A stretch of 64,000 nt of DNA from Candidatus Deferrimicrobiaceae bacterium (GCA_963792415.1 CAWBVY010000004.1:576001-640000), one strand, 5' to 3'; counted from the stretch's first letter, positions 9,120-19,011 are shown. Numbers and translations: made by a program. The notes: generated by a model from the letters alone, not told the origin.

Positions 9120-10658
9120 TCACTCCTCCCGGTCGATGGTCAGCTGCACGTCCACGCCGAAATGGTCGCGGAACATCGCGGCGTTGACGGTGACGCCCAG
9201 CGCCTCCAGGCGGCACGACTTCCGGCTCACCGCCCGCAGGAACAGCGACCCGTTCTGCAGGCGGCACGCGACGCTCCGGACGGCGGAGTTGTGCTCCTTG
9301 TCCAGCGCGTCGGCGATCCGGAGGATGGCGGCGAGGGAGGACACGGTGGCACGGTCCTTCTTGGGAAGCGCCTCGTACTCGGTGTGGGCCGTGTCCGGCG
9401 TGGCCTTCCGGTGATAGCGCGAAATCCCGGCGACGATGAGCCGCTCCGCCTGGGTAAGCCCGACGATTTCGGAGTTGGCGATGATGTAGTGGCTGTGCTT
9501 GTGGTGCTTCTGCATGCTGATGAAGTAGCCGACGTCGTGCAGGAACGCCGCCGCCTCGAGGTAGATCCGCTCCTGCTTCCCCAGCCCGTGCAGGGAATCC
9601 GTCTGGTCGAAGAGGCTCAGGGCGAGGTCCGCGACCTTCTCCGCGTGCTTCGGGTCCAGCTTGTACCGCGCGACCATCTCGCGGCACGACACGCCCACCT
9701 GCTCCCGGAGGTCCAGGAGGTGCTCGGCCCCCTTCGCCTGCTCGAGGATCTCCTGGATTACGCCGTCCTTCAGGCTCACCCGCGGGACGAGGATCTCCTC
9801 GGAGCCGTTCAGCTCCGCGATGCGGTGGTAGACGAAGCAGGCGGGCAGGATGACGTCGGCCCGGTCCTCCCGCAGCCCGAACCGCTCCATCCGGGTCTTC
9901 AGCGACATTCCGGAGAGCTCCTCCATCAGCCGCCGGAGGTTCCCCGCCTTGAGGCGCACGGTGTCCGGGTAGTCGGGGTGGGGCTCCGCGCGCACGTCGG
10001 GGATGGCGGCGATCGCCTCGATGTTCCCCCCCGTGGCGATGAACAGGGCCGCCTTCTTCCCGTTCCCCCGCCGGGACAGCTTCCGGCCCACCAGCTCCAT
10101 ATACTCGCCGAGCAGCTGGCCGGCGCCCCGCAGATCATCCTCCGCGGAGGAGAGCATGTCCAGCAGCCGCACGGCGCCGAAATTGTGGGAGTCCGCCAGG
10201 GTGATCCGGCCGTTCTCGACGAAGGTGATCTCCACCGACCCGCCGCCGAGGTCGACGATGAGGGCGCTCTTCTTCCCGAGGGGGATCCGCTTCCCGACGG
10301 CGACGGCGATCAGCCGCGCCTCCTCGTCGCCGTCGATCACCTCCACCCGGATGCCGGAGGCGCGCTCGAGACGGCTGAGCAGGAGATCTGCGTTGGAGGC
10401 CTCCCGGGTGGCGCAGGTGGCGACGGCCCGGACGGTCTGCACCCCGTGGGCCTTCAGCAACTGGCGGAAGCGCCGGAAGGCGGCCTCGGCCTTCCGGATG
10501 TTCTCCTCCCGGATGGTCCCCTTCAGGAAGACGTCCCCCCCCAGCCGGATCGGCTCCCGGAGGTTCTCCAGGACCCGGTACGGGGAGTCCCCCGCGGTCT
10601 CCACCACGTAGAACCGGATCGCGTTCGATCCCATGTCGATGGCGGCGATGCGGGCCAT
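9120..10658 (-). CDS. ppx: Exopolyphosphatase Ppx/GppA with C-terminal HD domain
   Basis: AIDMGSNAIR, VATCATREA, VDLGGGSVE, LHDVG, HHKHS, LRIADALD. Confidence 0.92.
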   Translation of the reverse strand: MARIAAIDMGSNAIRFYVVETAGDSPYRVLENLREPIRLGGDVFLKGTIREENIRKAEAAFRRFRQLLKAHGVQTVRAVATCATREASNADLLLSRLERASGIRVEVIDGDEEARLIAVAVGKRIPLGKKSALIVDLGGGSVEITFVENGRITLADSHNFGAVRLLDMLSSAEDDLRGAGQLLGEYMELVGRKLSRRGNGKKAALFIATGGNIEAIAAIPDVRAEPHPDYPDTVRLKAGNLRRLMEELSGMSLKTRMERFGLREDRADVILPACFVYHRIAELNGSEEILVPRVSLKDGVIQEILEQAKGAEHLLDLREQVGVSCREMVARYKLDPKHAEKVADLALSLFDQTDSLHGLGKQERIYLEAAAFLHDVGYFISMQKHHKHSHYIIANSEIVGLTQAERLIVAGISRYHRKATPDTAHTEYEALPKKDRATVSSLAAILRIADALDKEHNSAVRSVACRLQNGSLFLRAVSRKSCRLEALGVTVNAAMFRDHFGVDVQLTIDREE

Positions 10659-10834
10659 TCGGGATATCCCCCCTCCGGGATCATTGTAACGGGAACGGGC
10701 GCTCCTGCCCATGCCTTGTCGTGGAAAGGATTGTTGGATGCGCGCCGGGGCCGGAACGATCCCGGCGCGCATCCCGTTTCCGGAACAGGGCATCTTATTA
10801 TGGATTTGGTCGAGCCTGGCATATAGGGGGGGAG

Positions 10835-11749
10835 ATGGACAAGGAAAAGCGGGAGATCATGAAGAATATCGGGAAGTTCGTCGACCCTTATCGCATCACG
10901 AAAGGGAAGAGGTTCCGCCTCAAGGACATCGACCCGGGCGATACGGGCGACTACGGGTCGGAGCAGAAGCCGAGGGCCAAGGACCTGCTGGCGAAAGGCG
11001 TGCAGTGGATGGCGGAGGAGCAGGACAAGTTCTACGCCGCCGATCGCAACTCGATGCTGCTGGTGTTCCAGGCGATGGACGCGGCCGGAAAGGACGGCAC
11101 CATCCGCCACGTCATGTCGGGCGTGAACCCGCAGGGTTGCCAGGTGTACTCCTTCAAGCAGCCCTCCATGGAAGAGCTCGACCACGACTTCCTGTGGCGC
11201 TACCACAGGTGCCTCCCGGAACGGGGCCGCATCGGGATCTTCAACCGCTCGTACTACGAGGAGGTGCTCGTGGTCCGGGTGCACGAGGAACTGCTCGAGC
11301 GCCAGAGGATGCCGCGGGACCTGGTGACCAGGAGCATCTGGGAGGAGCGCCTGGAGGACATCGCGGGGTTCGAGCGCTACCTGGCGCGGCAGGGCACCAT
11401 CGTGCTGAAGTTCTTCCTGCACGTCTCCCGGAAGGAGCAGAAGCGGCGGTTCCTGGAGCGCCTGGAAATGCCGGAGAAGAACTGGAAATTTTCCACGTCC
11501 GACGTGACGGAGCGCGGTTACTGGGGGAAGTACATGGCGGCGTACGAGGATGCCATCCGGCGGACGGCCTCCAGGGAGGCGCCGTGGTACGTGATCCCGG
11601 CCGACAACAAGTGGTTCACCCGCCTCGTGGTCGCGGCGGTGATCGCCGAGGCGTTCTGGAAGCTGAAGCTCGCCTACCCGCAGGTCGACGACGCGAAGAA
11701 AAGGGAACTCGCCGCGGCGCGCAAGGCATTGATGGGCGAAAAGAAATAG
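10835..11749 (+). CDS. ppk2: Polyphosphate kinase 2 family (class III-like)
   Basis: FQAMDAAGKDG, FKQPS, IFNRSYYEEVLV, KFFLHVS, PWYVIPADNKW. Confidence 0.93.
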   Translation: MDKEKREIMKNIGKFVDPYRITKGKRFRLKDIDPGDTGDYGSEQKPRAKDLLAKGVQWMAEEQDKFYAADRNSMLLVFQAMDAAGKDGTIRHVMSGVNPQGCQVYSFKQPSMEELDHDFLWRYHRCLPERGRIGIFNRSYYEEVLVVRVHEELLERQRMPRDLVTRSIWEERLEDIAGFERYLARQGTIVLKFFLHVSRKEQKRRFLERLEMPEKNWKFSTSDVTERGYWGKYMAAYEDAIRRTASREAPWYVIPADNKWFTRLVVAAVIAEAFWKLKLAYPQVDDAKKRELAAARKALMGEKK

Positions 11750-11761
11750 GGCGGCTGCCGG

Positions 11762-12268
11762 TCACATGCGGGGAGTTCGGGGAAGTCGGGTCGCCGTCCC
11801 CTTGCCGTCCTCGATCCAGAGGAACTTCGCCGTTCCTTTCGGCACCCCTTTGTCCGTTTCCAGGGCCACCACGGCTCCCTTTCGGAGAGGGAAACCTCCC
11901 GGGACGGAGATCAGGGCCGCGGCGATGCCGCCCAGGTCCGGCTCGTGGCCCACGAAGGCCGCTTCCGCGGGGTTTCCCGCACGTGCCAGCAGGGCGCGGA
12001 GGGCCCGAAGGTCGAAGCCGGGAGAGAGTTCCCTGGCGACCACGACCTCGCCCTTGTGTTTCAGGCGCTCCGCGAGGATCTCGGCGGTCTGGACGGCGCG
12101 CAGCAGGGGGCTCGTGAAGATGACGTCCGGGGCGGCGCCCGTCTTGCGGGCCCGCCGGGCGATCTTCCGGAAGGAGAGCCGGCCCGTCGTCGTCAGGTAG
12201 CGGGAACCGTCCGGAATCGTCGCCGCTCGCTCGATCGCCTCCGCGTGGCGGACGAGGTACACTTTCAC
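11762..12268 (-). CDS. sixA: SixA-type histidine phosphatase
   Basis: LVRHAEA, TSPLLRAVQTA, VGHEP. Confidence 0.88.
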   Translation of the reverse strand: MKVYLVRHAEAIERAATIPDGSRYLTTTGRLSFRKIARRARKTGAAPDVIFTSPLLRAVQTAEILAERLKHKGEVVVARELSPGFDLRALRALLARAGNPAEAAFVGHEPDLGGIAAALISVPGGFPLRKGAVVALETDKGVPKGTAKFLWIEDGKGTATRLPRTPRM

Positions 12269-12271
12269 GGG

Positions 12272-12511
12272 CTACCCCGTACCCTTCTTCTTCTTCTTCC
12301 CTTTTCCCTTCTTCCCTTTCTTTTTCTTCTTCTTCTTCCCCTTCTTATCCTTCTTCTTGTCCTTCTTCCCCCGCTCCGGACGGGCCGCTTCACCCTCCGC
12401 CGGCGGCGGGAGGCCCGCGGTCTTCGACGTCTTCCTCGTTCCGGCCGCTTCCTCCATCGCGTGCCGCAGCCCTTCCCACTTCTCCTCCGGGATCAGCGTC
12501 TTCTTACCCAT
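12272..12511 (-). CDS. Small poly-lysine-tailed protein
   Basis: 79 aa; 22 Lys in a 28-residue C-terminal stretch; RBS AGGAGG inside the parA 3' end; 8-nt overlap with parA and 3-nt gap to sixA. Confidence 0.75.
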   Translation of the reverse strand: MGKKTLIPEEKWEGLRHAMEEAAGTRKTSKTAGLPPPAEGEAARPERGKKDKKKDKKGKKKKKKKGKKGKGKKKKKGTG

Positions 12512-13253
12512 GCTGCAACACCTCCTGCGCCAGCGCGCGGTAATCCTCGGCCCCCCGTCCCCCCGGCTGGTAGGAGAGGACGTCCTTCGAGCGGGCGGGC
12601 GCCTCGGCGAGGGAGATGCTCTGCCGGATGACCGTCCGGAACACCTTGTGGCGCAACGTTTCCCGGAGGTGCTCCTCGACCTGGCGGGAGAGGGAAGTCC
12701 GGACGTCGTACATGCAGGGGAGGATGCCCAGAATCTCCATCGGAAATCCGGCCTCGCGGATGGTCTTCACCATGCCGAGGATCTTTTCCAGTCCGTTCAG
12801 GGCCATGTACTGGGTCTGGAGCGGGATCAGCAGGGAACCGGAATACACCATCCCCATCAGGGAAAGGGCGCCCAGCGACGGGGGGCAATCCACGATGACG
12901 AAATCGAACCCCCGCATTCCGGCCAGGGCGTCCTTCAACGCCAGTGGGTACTCCGACGGCCGCTCGCGGAGGATCCGCTTCTCCGTTTCGGCCAGGACCG
13001 GGGTGGAGGGGAGGACGGTGAGGTGGGGGAGGGCGTGAAACGCCTCGCGGGGTTCCGCCTCGCCCGTGAGCACTTCCGCGACGGTCGGGCCGCCGGACGT
13101 CTCCACCCCGAGCGACTCCGTGAGCCCGGCCTGGGGGTCCAGGTCCACCAGGAGGACTTCCCGGCCCACTTCCGAGAGCGCCGCGCCGAGGTTGACGGCG
13201 GTCGTGGTCTTCCCGGTGCCGCCCTTCTGGTTGATGACCGTGATCTTCCGCAT
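12504..13253 (-). CDS. Orphan ParA/Soj family ATPase
   Basis: Deviant Walker A NQKGGTGKTT, VDLDPQ, VDCPPSLG, IRQSISLAEAP; no parB nearby. Confidence 0.92.
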   Translation of the reverse strand: MRKITVINQKGGTGKTTTAVNLGAALSEVGREVLLVDLDPQAGLTESLGVETSGGPTVAEVLTGEAEPREAFHALPHLTVLPSTPVLAETEKRILRERPSEYPLALKDALAGMRGFDFVIVDCPPSLGALSLMGMVYSGSLLIPLQTQYMALNGLEKILGMVKTIREAGFPMEILGILPCMYDVRTSLSRQVEEHLRETLRHKVFRTVIRQSISLAEAPARSKDVLSYQPGGRGAEDYRALAQEVLQHG

Positions 13254-13434
13254 GGCGCCACCCCCTGAATCCTCGCTCTCCCGGAGATTTCCGATTATAA
13301 GTCAGGCCCGCGGGTTCCGCCGGGGAAATCCGTATGGAAATCCTTGCGGGTCGGGTACACTGAAAGGGAGGTTTCCGGGCATCCGGCGACACGTTCTGCG
13401 ACGGAAGAAAATTTCCCTCTGGAGGTCGAACGCC

Positions 13435-13917
13435 GTGCTCTCCGCGCGCCTGATCGAACTGATCCAGACCAACGCCGAACACCTGACCCGCGACGTGCTG
13501 AAGGATTATGCCACCAACCCGCGGACGCGCCACTGGAACGTCGTGCCCGTCGCCGAGCTGGAACAGCGCGTGATCAGCACCTACAGGAACCTGGGAAACT
13601 GGATCGGCGACCCCAGGGAGGACGCGGTGCAGGCGGAGTACGAGGAGTGGGGCCGCAAGCGGTACCGGAACGGGATCCCGCTGAGCGAGGTCGTGTTCGC
13701 CGTGATCCTGCTGAAGCAGCACCTGAGGAGATACATCCGCGAGCACGGGCTCGTTGAGCACGTCCGGGACCGCAACGCCTCGCAGGAATTCCTCCCGGTT
13801 CACCTGTACGGGATCCAGGAACTGAATTCCCTGGTGGGGGATTTCTTCGACAAGGCGCTCTACCACCTGGCGCGGGGCTACGAGATGGAGGCCCGGGCGG
13901 CCCAGGGCACCCGGTAG
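13435..13917 (+). CDS. Hypothetical all-alpha protein (RsbRD-N / non-heme globin-like sensor domain)
   Basis: GTG start after GGAGG; GRKRYRNGIPLSEV and FFDKALYHLARGYE resemble globin-like sensor N-terminal domains. Confidence 0.65.
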   Translation: MLSARLIELIQTNAEHLTRDVLKDYATNPRTRHWNVVPVAELEQRVISTYRNLGNWIGDPREDAVQAEYEEWGRKRYRNGIPLSEVVFAVILLKQHLRRYIREHGLVEHVRDRNASQEFLPVHLYGIQELNSLVGDFFDKALYHLARGYEMEARAAQGTR

Positions 13918-14013
13918 CAACGGACCGCGTCGGACCCCATGTCGCGATGGGGGCGGTGCGTGCCGTTCGCGGTTCCCGGGCCCCGGATGCAACCGTATTT
14001 TTGAAACGCAGCG

Positions 14014-14676
14014 CTACGCCAGCGGCCCCTGGTGCCGGACGTCCTTCCCCTTGACCATGAAGATCACGTCCTCGCAGATGTTGGTGGCGTGGTCGGCGAT
14101 CCGCTCGATGTGGCGCGAGACGAGGATCAGGTCCATGGCGCGGGGGATGGTGGTCGGGTCGGACATCATGAAGGTCAGCAGCTCCCGGAACACCTGGTCC
14201 TTCAGCTGGTCGACCTCGTCGTCCTTCAGGATCGTCCGGTACGCCAGTTCGTCGTCCCCGTTGACGTAGGCGTCCAGGGAGGCCTTCAGCATCTCCTGCG
14301 CGATGTCGGCCATCCGCGGGATGTCGATCAGCGGCTTGAGAGGCGGAACGGCGAGCAGCGACTCCCCCCGCTCCACGATGTTGATCGCCTGGTCCCCGAT
14401 CCGCTCCATGTCCACGATGATCTTCATCGCCGCCGTGATGAACCGCAGGTCGGCGGCCGCCGGCTGGCGCAGGGCGATGAGCTCCAGGCACGCCTCGTCG
14501 ATCTCGACGTGGAGCTGGTTGACCTGGGACTCCATCCCCCGGACCTCGGCGAGGATGCCCGCGTCGCGCTGCACGAGCGCATGGATGACCCGGCGGGTCA
14601 TCTGCTCCGCCAGCCCCCCCATCCGCAGGACCATTTCCCGGACATCCGCCAATTGACCCGTGTAATGCTTCTTCAT
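14014..14676 (-). CDS. phoU: Phosphate signalling protein PhoU
   Basis: RQPAAADLR, DMERIGD, DDEVD, ERIADHATNICE; follows pstB. Confidence 0.95.
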   Translation of the reverse strand: MKKHYTGQLADVREMVLRMGGLAEQMTRRVIHALVQRDAGILAEVRGMESQVNQLHVEIDEACLELIALRQPAAADLRFITAAMKIIVDMERIGDQAINIVERGESLLAVPPLKPLIDIPRMADIAQEMLKASLDAYVNGDDELAYRTILKDDEVDQLKDQVFRELLTFMMSDPTTIPRAMDLILVSRHIERIADHATNICEDVIFMVKGKDVRHQGPLA

Positions 14677-14702
14677 CTCCGTTCACCGCCTTCCGGTATG
14701 TG

Positions 14703-15464
14703 TCAACCAAACCGCCCGGTGATGTACTGCTCCGTCCGCTTGTCCGACGGATTGGTGAAGATCTTTCCGCTCTTGTCCATCTCGATCAGTTCGCCCATGA
14801 GGAAGAATGCGACCTGGTCGGAGATGCGCGCCGCCTGCTGCATGTTGTGCGTCACCACGGCGATGGTGTACTTCTCGCTCAGGTCCTCGATCAGCTCCTC
14901 GATCTTCGCGGTGGATGCCGGGTCCAGCGCCGAACACGGCTCGTCCATCAGGAGCACTTCCGGCTCGACGGCGAGGGCCCTCGCGATGCAGAGCCGCTGC
15001 TGCTGGCCGCCGGAGAGGGAGATCCCCGGCTGGGAGAGGTGATCCTTCACCTCGTTCCAGAGCGCGGCCATGACGAGCGACCGTTCGACCCTCTCCGCGA
15101 TGTCCCCTCGAGAGAGTGCCTTCCCGTTCAGCTTGAGCCCGACGGCGACGTTCTCGAACACCGACATGCGGGGGAACGGGTTCGGCTGCTGGAAGACCAT
15201 CCCGACCCGCCGCCGCAGGTATACCGGGTCGACCCGCTCGGAGTGGATGTCGACGCCGTCCAGCAGGATCCGCCCGCTGATCCGGAAACCGGGGGTCATG
15301 TCGTGCATCCGGTTGAGGCACCGGATGAAGGTGCTCTTACCGCACCCGGAGGGACCCATCACCGAGGTGACGGAATTTCGAGCGATGTCCATCCGGATCT
15401 TCTTCAGCACCTGGTTCTCCCCGAACCAGTTGCTCAGGTCGTGGATCTCGAAGATGTTCGCCAT
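14703..15464 (-). CDS. pstB: Phosphate ABC transporter ATPase PstB
   Basis: [39 protein letters not shown]. Confidence 0.96.
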   Translation of the reverse strand: MANIFEIHDLSNWFGENQVLKKIRMDIARNSVTSVMGPSGCGKSTFIRCLNRMHDMTPGFRISGRILLDGVDIHSERVDPVYLRRRVGMVFQQPNPFPRMSVFENVAVGLKLNGKALSRGDIAERVERSLVMAALWNEVKDHLSQPGISLSGGQQQRLCIARALAVEPEVLLMDEPCSALDPASTAKIEELIEDLSEKYTIAVVTHNMQQAARISDQVAFFLMGELIEMDKSGKIFTNPSDKRTEQYITGRFG

Positions 15465-15479
15465 CTCGCTTCCTTCCTT

Positions 15480-16319
15480 CTACCGCTTCTCCCGGGTGAG
15501 AACCCGGGCGGCGATGTTGATCAGCAGTACCATCGTGATCAGCACGAGGGCCCCCGCCCACGCCTTGTCGTGCCAGTCCGCGTAGGGCGAGATCGCGTAT
15601 GTGAACACCTGGAGCGGCACCGCCGCCATCGGCTGGTCGAGCTTCGTCTGCCAGAACTGGTTTCCGAGCGCCGTGAAGAGAAGAGGCGCCGTCTCTCCTA
15701 TGATGCGCGACATGGCGAGGAGGATACCCGTGAGGATCCCCGGCCACGCCGTCCGCACCGTGATGCGCAGCGTGGCTTTCCACCGCGCGATCCCCAGCGC
15801 CAGGGCGGCTTCCCGCACCGTCGTCGGCACGGTCCGAAGCATGTCCTCCGTCGTCCGGACGACGACGGGGATGAAGATCATGGAGAGCGCCGCCGCGCCG
15901 GCCCAGGCGGAGAACCGCTTCATCGGAAGGACCAGGAGAACGTAGGCGAAGATCCCCATGATGATCGAGGGGACGCCGGTCAGCGTGTCGACGGCGAACC
16001 GGACGGCGGAGGCGAACTTTCCCCTGCCGTACTCGGCGAGGTAGATGCCGGACATGACCGCCACCGGCACCGACCACGTCATCGTGAGGAGGGTGATGAC
16101 GACGGTGCCGAGGATCCCGTTTGCAATCCCGCCCCCGGGTTCCCCGACCGGGTGGGGAAGGTCGACGAGCAGGGTCCACCGGAGTTCCTTCGCGCCCTTG
16201 ATCACCAGGTCGAAGAAGATCAGGAACAGCGGCAGGACAACGAGCAGCGCGCAGAGGTAGAAGACCCACTTCATGGCGCGGTCGGCGGCCTTGCGGCGGA
16301 AGGTGATCGTCCCCGTCAT
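15480..16319 (-). CDS. pstA: Phosphate ABC transporter permease PstA
   Basis: GIYLAEY, GVPSI, IGETAPLL; operon position. Confidence 0.95.
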   Translation of the reverse strand: MTGTITFRRKAADRAMKWVFYLCALLVVLPLFLIFFDLVIKGAKELRWTLLVDLPHPVGEPGGGIANGILGTVVITLLTMTWSVPVAVMSGIYLAEYGRGKFASAVRFAVDTLTGVPSIIMGIFAYVLLVLPMKRFSAWAGAAALSMIFIPVVVRTTEDMLRTVPTTVREAALALGIARWKATLRITVRTAWPGILTGILLAMSRIIGETAPLLFTALGNQFWQTKLDQPMAAVPLQVFTYAISPYADWHDKAWAGALVLITMVLLINIAARVLTREKR

Positions 16320-16320
16320 G

Positions 16321-17250
16321 TCAGATCCCCCGCGAGGCGCGCGCGACCATCTTCGAAAGCATCCCCTTGGCCGCGAAGTTGACGATGAGTGTCAACAGCA
16401 TCAGGAGAAGGCCGATCAGGATGAGCGACGAAAGCTGGAGGCCGCCGGCCTCCGCGAATTCGTTGGCGATCACCGCCGCCATGGAGTACCCCTGCTGGAA
16501 CAGGGAGGCGAAGATCTCGGGCCGGTTCCCGATGACCATCGTGACCGCCATCGTCTCGCCCAGCGCCCGCCCCAGGCCGAGGATGGTGGCGCCGAAGATC
16601 CCCGGGAGGCAGTGCTGCCCGATCACGATGCGGATCATCTCCCAGCGGGTCCCCCCGAGCGAAAGGACCGCCTCCTTCTGCCGCTGCGGGACGGTGGCCA
16701 GCACCTCCCGGGTGACCGACAGGATGAACGGGATGATCATGATCGCGAGGAGCACCCCCGCCGCGAGCATGCTCGGGCCGTACACCGGCCCCTTGAAGAG
16801 GGGGATCCAGCCGAGGTATCTGGTCACCGGCTTCATGAACACGTCCCGGAGGATCGGCACCAGGACGAAGATCCCCCACAGGCCGTAGATGACGCTGGGG
16901 ATGGCGGCGAGGAGTTCCGCCAGCAGCGAGACGGGGGCCTTCAGCCACGGCGGTGCGAATTCGTTGATGAAGATCGCCGCCCCGACGCTGAGCGGGACGG
17001 CGATCAGCAAGGCGAGGAAGGAGGAGACCAGGGTTCCGAAGAGGAAAGGGAGCACCCCGAACTGCTCGAGTACCGGGTCCCATGTGCTGGTGACGAGGAA
17101 CGAGGCCCCGAACTTCCGCAGGGCGGGGAGCGATTCGCGCAGCAGCACCGCGGACAGAAGGACCGCGAGGAAAAGGACGACGGAGGCGAAGAAGGCGGAC
17201 GCCTTTTCGAACACGAGGTCTTTCGATATTTTTCCGGTTCGCGCCGCCAT
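16321..17250 (-). CDS. pstC: Phosphate ABC transporter permease PstC
   Basis: LAAIPSVIYGLWG, GRALGETMAV, IANEFAEA. Confidence 0.95.
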   Translation of the reverse strand: MAARTGKISKDLVFEKASAFFASVVLFLAVLLSAVLLRESLPALRKFGASFLVTSTWDPVLEQFGVLPFLFGTLVSSFLALLIAVPLSVGAAIFINEFAPPWLKAPVSLLAELLAAIPSVIYGLWGIFVLVPILRDVFMKPVTRYLGWIPLFKGPVYGPSMLAAGVLLAIMIIPFILSVTREVLATVPQRQKEAVLSLGGTRWEMIRIVIGQHCLPGIFGATILGLGRALGETMAVTMVIGNRPEIFASLFQQGYSMAAVIANEFAEAGGLQLSSLILIGLLLMLLTLIVNFAAKGMLSKMVARASRGI

Positions 17251-17353
17251 GCGAAATCAGGGTCCTCGTTTTACAGAGACAGGAAGGGGGGGATGGTCCC
17301 CCCTTCCCGATCCATATTGATGAACGGCAGTCCGCGGAGGCGGACCGCCGGGT

Positions 17354-18400
17354 CTAGTACAGCGATTTTCCCTTGAAGGAGATCTGCTTCAGCGTCTGGT
17401 CGACCTTCTCCACCACGTCTTTCGGCAGCGGCGCGTAGTCGAGCGCGGCCTCCATCTTCTGGCCGTCGCGGATCGCCCACTTGAGGAACTGTACAACGGC
17501 CTTCCCCCTGGCCTCGTCCTTCTGGTCCTTGTACACGAGGATCCAGGTGAGCCCGGAGATGGGCCATGACTCCTTCCCGGGAGCGTCGACGAGCGAGACG
17601 CGGAAATCGGCGGGCATCGACTTCGCCACTCCCGCGGCGGCGGCGGAGGTCGCCTCCAGTGTTGGTGTTACGAATTGTCCGTCCTTGTTCCGCAGCGACG
17701 CCACCGTCATCTTGTTCTGCTTGGCGTACGCGAGCTCGACGTATCCGATGGCCCCCGGCGTCTGTTTCACCACGCCGGCCACCCCCTCGTTCCCCTTGCC
17801 GCCGATCCCCAGCGGCCAGTTGACCGCCTTGCCGTGTCCGACCTTGGCCCGCCACTCGGTGTTCACCGTGGCCAGGTAGTTCGTGAAGATGTCCGTGGTA
17901 CCCGACCCGTCGGAGCGGTGGGCGACCACGATGTCCGCGTTCGGCATCGTGACGGTCTTGTTCAACTCCGCGATCCTCGGATCGTTCCAGCGGGTGATCT
18001 TCCCGAGGAAGATCCCGGCGAGGAGGTCGGGAGTCAGTTTCAGGCCGGACCCGACCTTGTCGAGGTTGTACACGACCACGACGGCGCCCATCGCGGTGGG
18101 GATGTGCAGGATCGCGCCCGGAAGCTTCGCCATCTCCTCCGCGGACATGGGGGCGTCCGTCGCGCCGAAATCGACGGTCCCCGCGGTGATCTGCTTGATC
18201 CCCCCCCCGGAGCCGATCGACTGGTAGTTGAACCTCACGCCCGGATTGGCGTTCGAATATTCGTAGAACCATTTCGAATAGAGCGGGTAAGGGAACGTCG
18301 CCCCCGCCCCGTTGATCATCAGTGGATCCGCCGCGAACGCGAATGACACGACGGCGAGCGTTGCCAGGACCCCTGCAAGAACTCCGTAGATCTTTTTCAT
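17354..18400 (-). CDS. pstS: Phosphate ABC transporter substrate-binding protein PstS
   Basis: Signal peptide; GAGATFPYP, YQSIGSGGG, HRSDGSGTT, GGKGNEGV. Confidence 0.96.
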   Translation of the reverse strand: MKKIYGVLAGVLATLAVVSFAFAADPLMINGAGATFPYPLYSKWFYEYSNANPGVRFNYQSIGSGGGIKQITAGTVDFGATDAPMSAEEMAKLPGAILHIPTAMGAVVVVYNLDKVGSGLKLTPDLLAGIFLGKITRWNDPRIAELNKTVTMPNADIVVAHRSDGSGTTDIFTNYLATVNTEWRAKVGHGKAVNWPLGIGGKGNEGVAGVVKQTPGAIGYVELAYAKQNKMTVASLRNKDGQFVTPTLEATSAAAAGVAKSMPADFRVSLVDAPGKESWPISGLTWILVYKDQKDEARGKAVVQFLKWAIRDGQKMEAALDYAPLPKDVVEKVDQTLKQISFKGKSLY

Positions 18401-18482
18401 GCTGTCGACCCCCTGAGAGATGGATTCGCCTTGGCGGCTTGAGGGTACCCTACGTTGTGTACATCAAGTGGGGGTGTGCCGT

Positions 18483-18500
18483 GTGTGAAGTTCGTGTTAA
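18483..18500 (-). promoter_or_regulatory. Putative Pho box upstream of pstS
   Basis: Minus strand TTAACAC-gaac-TTCACAC, a direct repeat with 11-nt period about 85 nt before pstS. Confidence 0.5.
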
Positions 18501-18583
18501 GAAACCCCGCCCCGCGAGATTCCTGTTGATAATCGATGAGCGCGAATTTATGATCTCCGGAACAACACTCCAGGAGGTATGCG

Positions 18584-18919
18584 ATGAGGAAAGTGGCGTT
18601 CTTGACAGCGTTGATCGCAGCGGTGGTCTTCGCAGCGGGTCCGGGATTCGCCGCCGCTCCGGACAAGCCCCTCGTCCTGAAGGCCGAGAAGTCGAAGGGG
18701 CCGGTCACCTTCGACCACGCGAAGCACGGCAAGGATTGCGCCGCATGCCACCACAAGGACAAGGCCGGGGCCGAGCAGAAGTGCGGGAAGTGCCACGGCG
18801 ACAAGACCGAGGGGAAGAAGCTCTCCGCGAAGGAAGCGTTCCACACCCAGTGCAAGGATTGCCACAAGAAGTCGAACAAGGGTCCCTACAAGAAGTGCGA
18901 CGACTGCCACAAGAAGTAG
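18584..18919 (+). CDS. Periplasmic tetraheme cytochrome c3-like protein
   Basis: Signal peptide; VTFDHAKH; four CXXCH (CAACH, CGKCH, CKDCH, CDDCH); RBS AGGAGG. Confidence 0.9.
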   Translation: MRKVAFLTALIAAVVFAAGPGFAAAPDKPLVLKAEKSKGPVTFDHAKHGKDCAACHHKDKAGAEQKCGKCHGDKTEGKKLSAKEAFHTQCKDCHKKSNKGPYKKCDDCHKK

Positions 18920-18971
18920 TCGCGTCAACCGCCCGGGACTGACCGACCCCGCCGTCGCGTCGGCGGGGGGA

Positions 18972-19003
18972 GGGGCGGGGGGATCCCCCGCCCCTTTCCT
19001 TTT
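18972..19003 (+). terminator. Intrinsic terminator after the cytochrome gene
   Basis: GGGGCGGGG...CCCCGCCCC hairpin followed by a T-rich tract. Confidence 0.5.
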
Positions 19004-19011
19004 CGGGGGAA

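Noticed and set aside
12504-13253. parA as a chromosome, plasmid or prophage partition locus
   Set aside because: No parB, parS, rep, integrase or phage genes nearby; the flanks are chromosomal phosphate genes.
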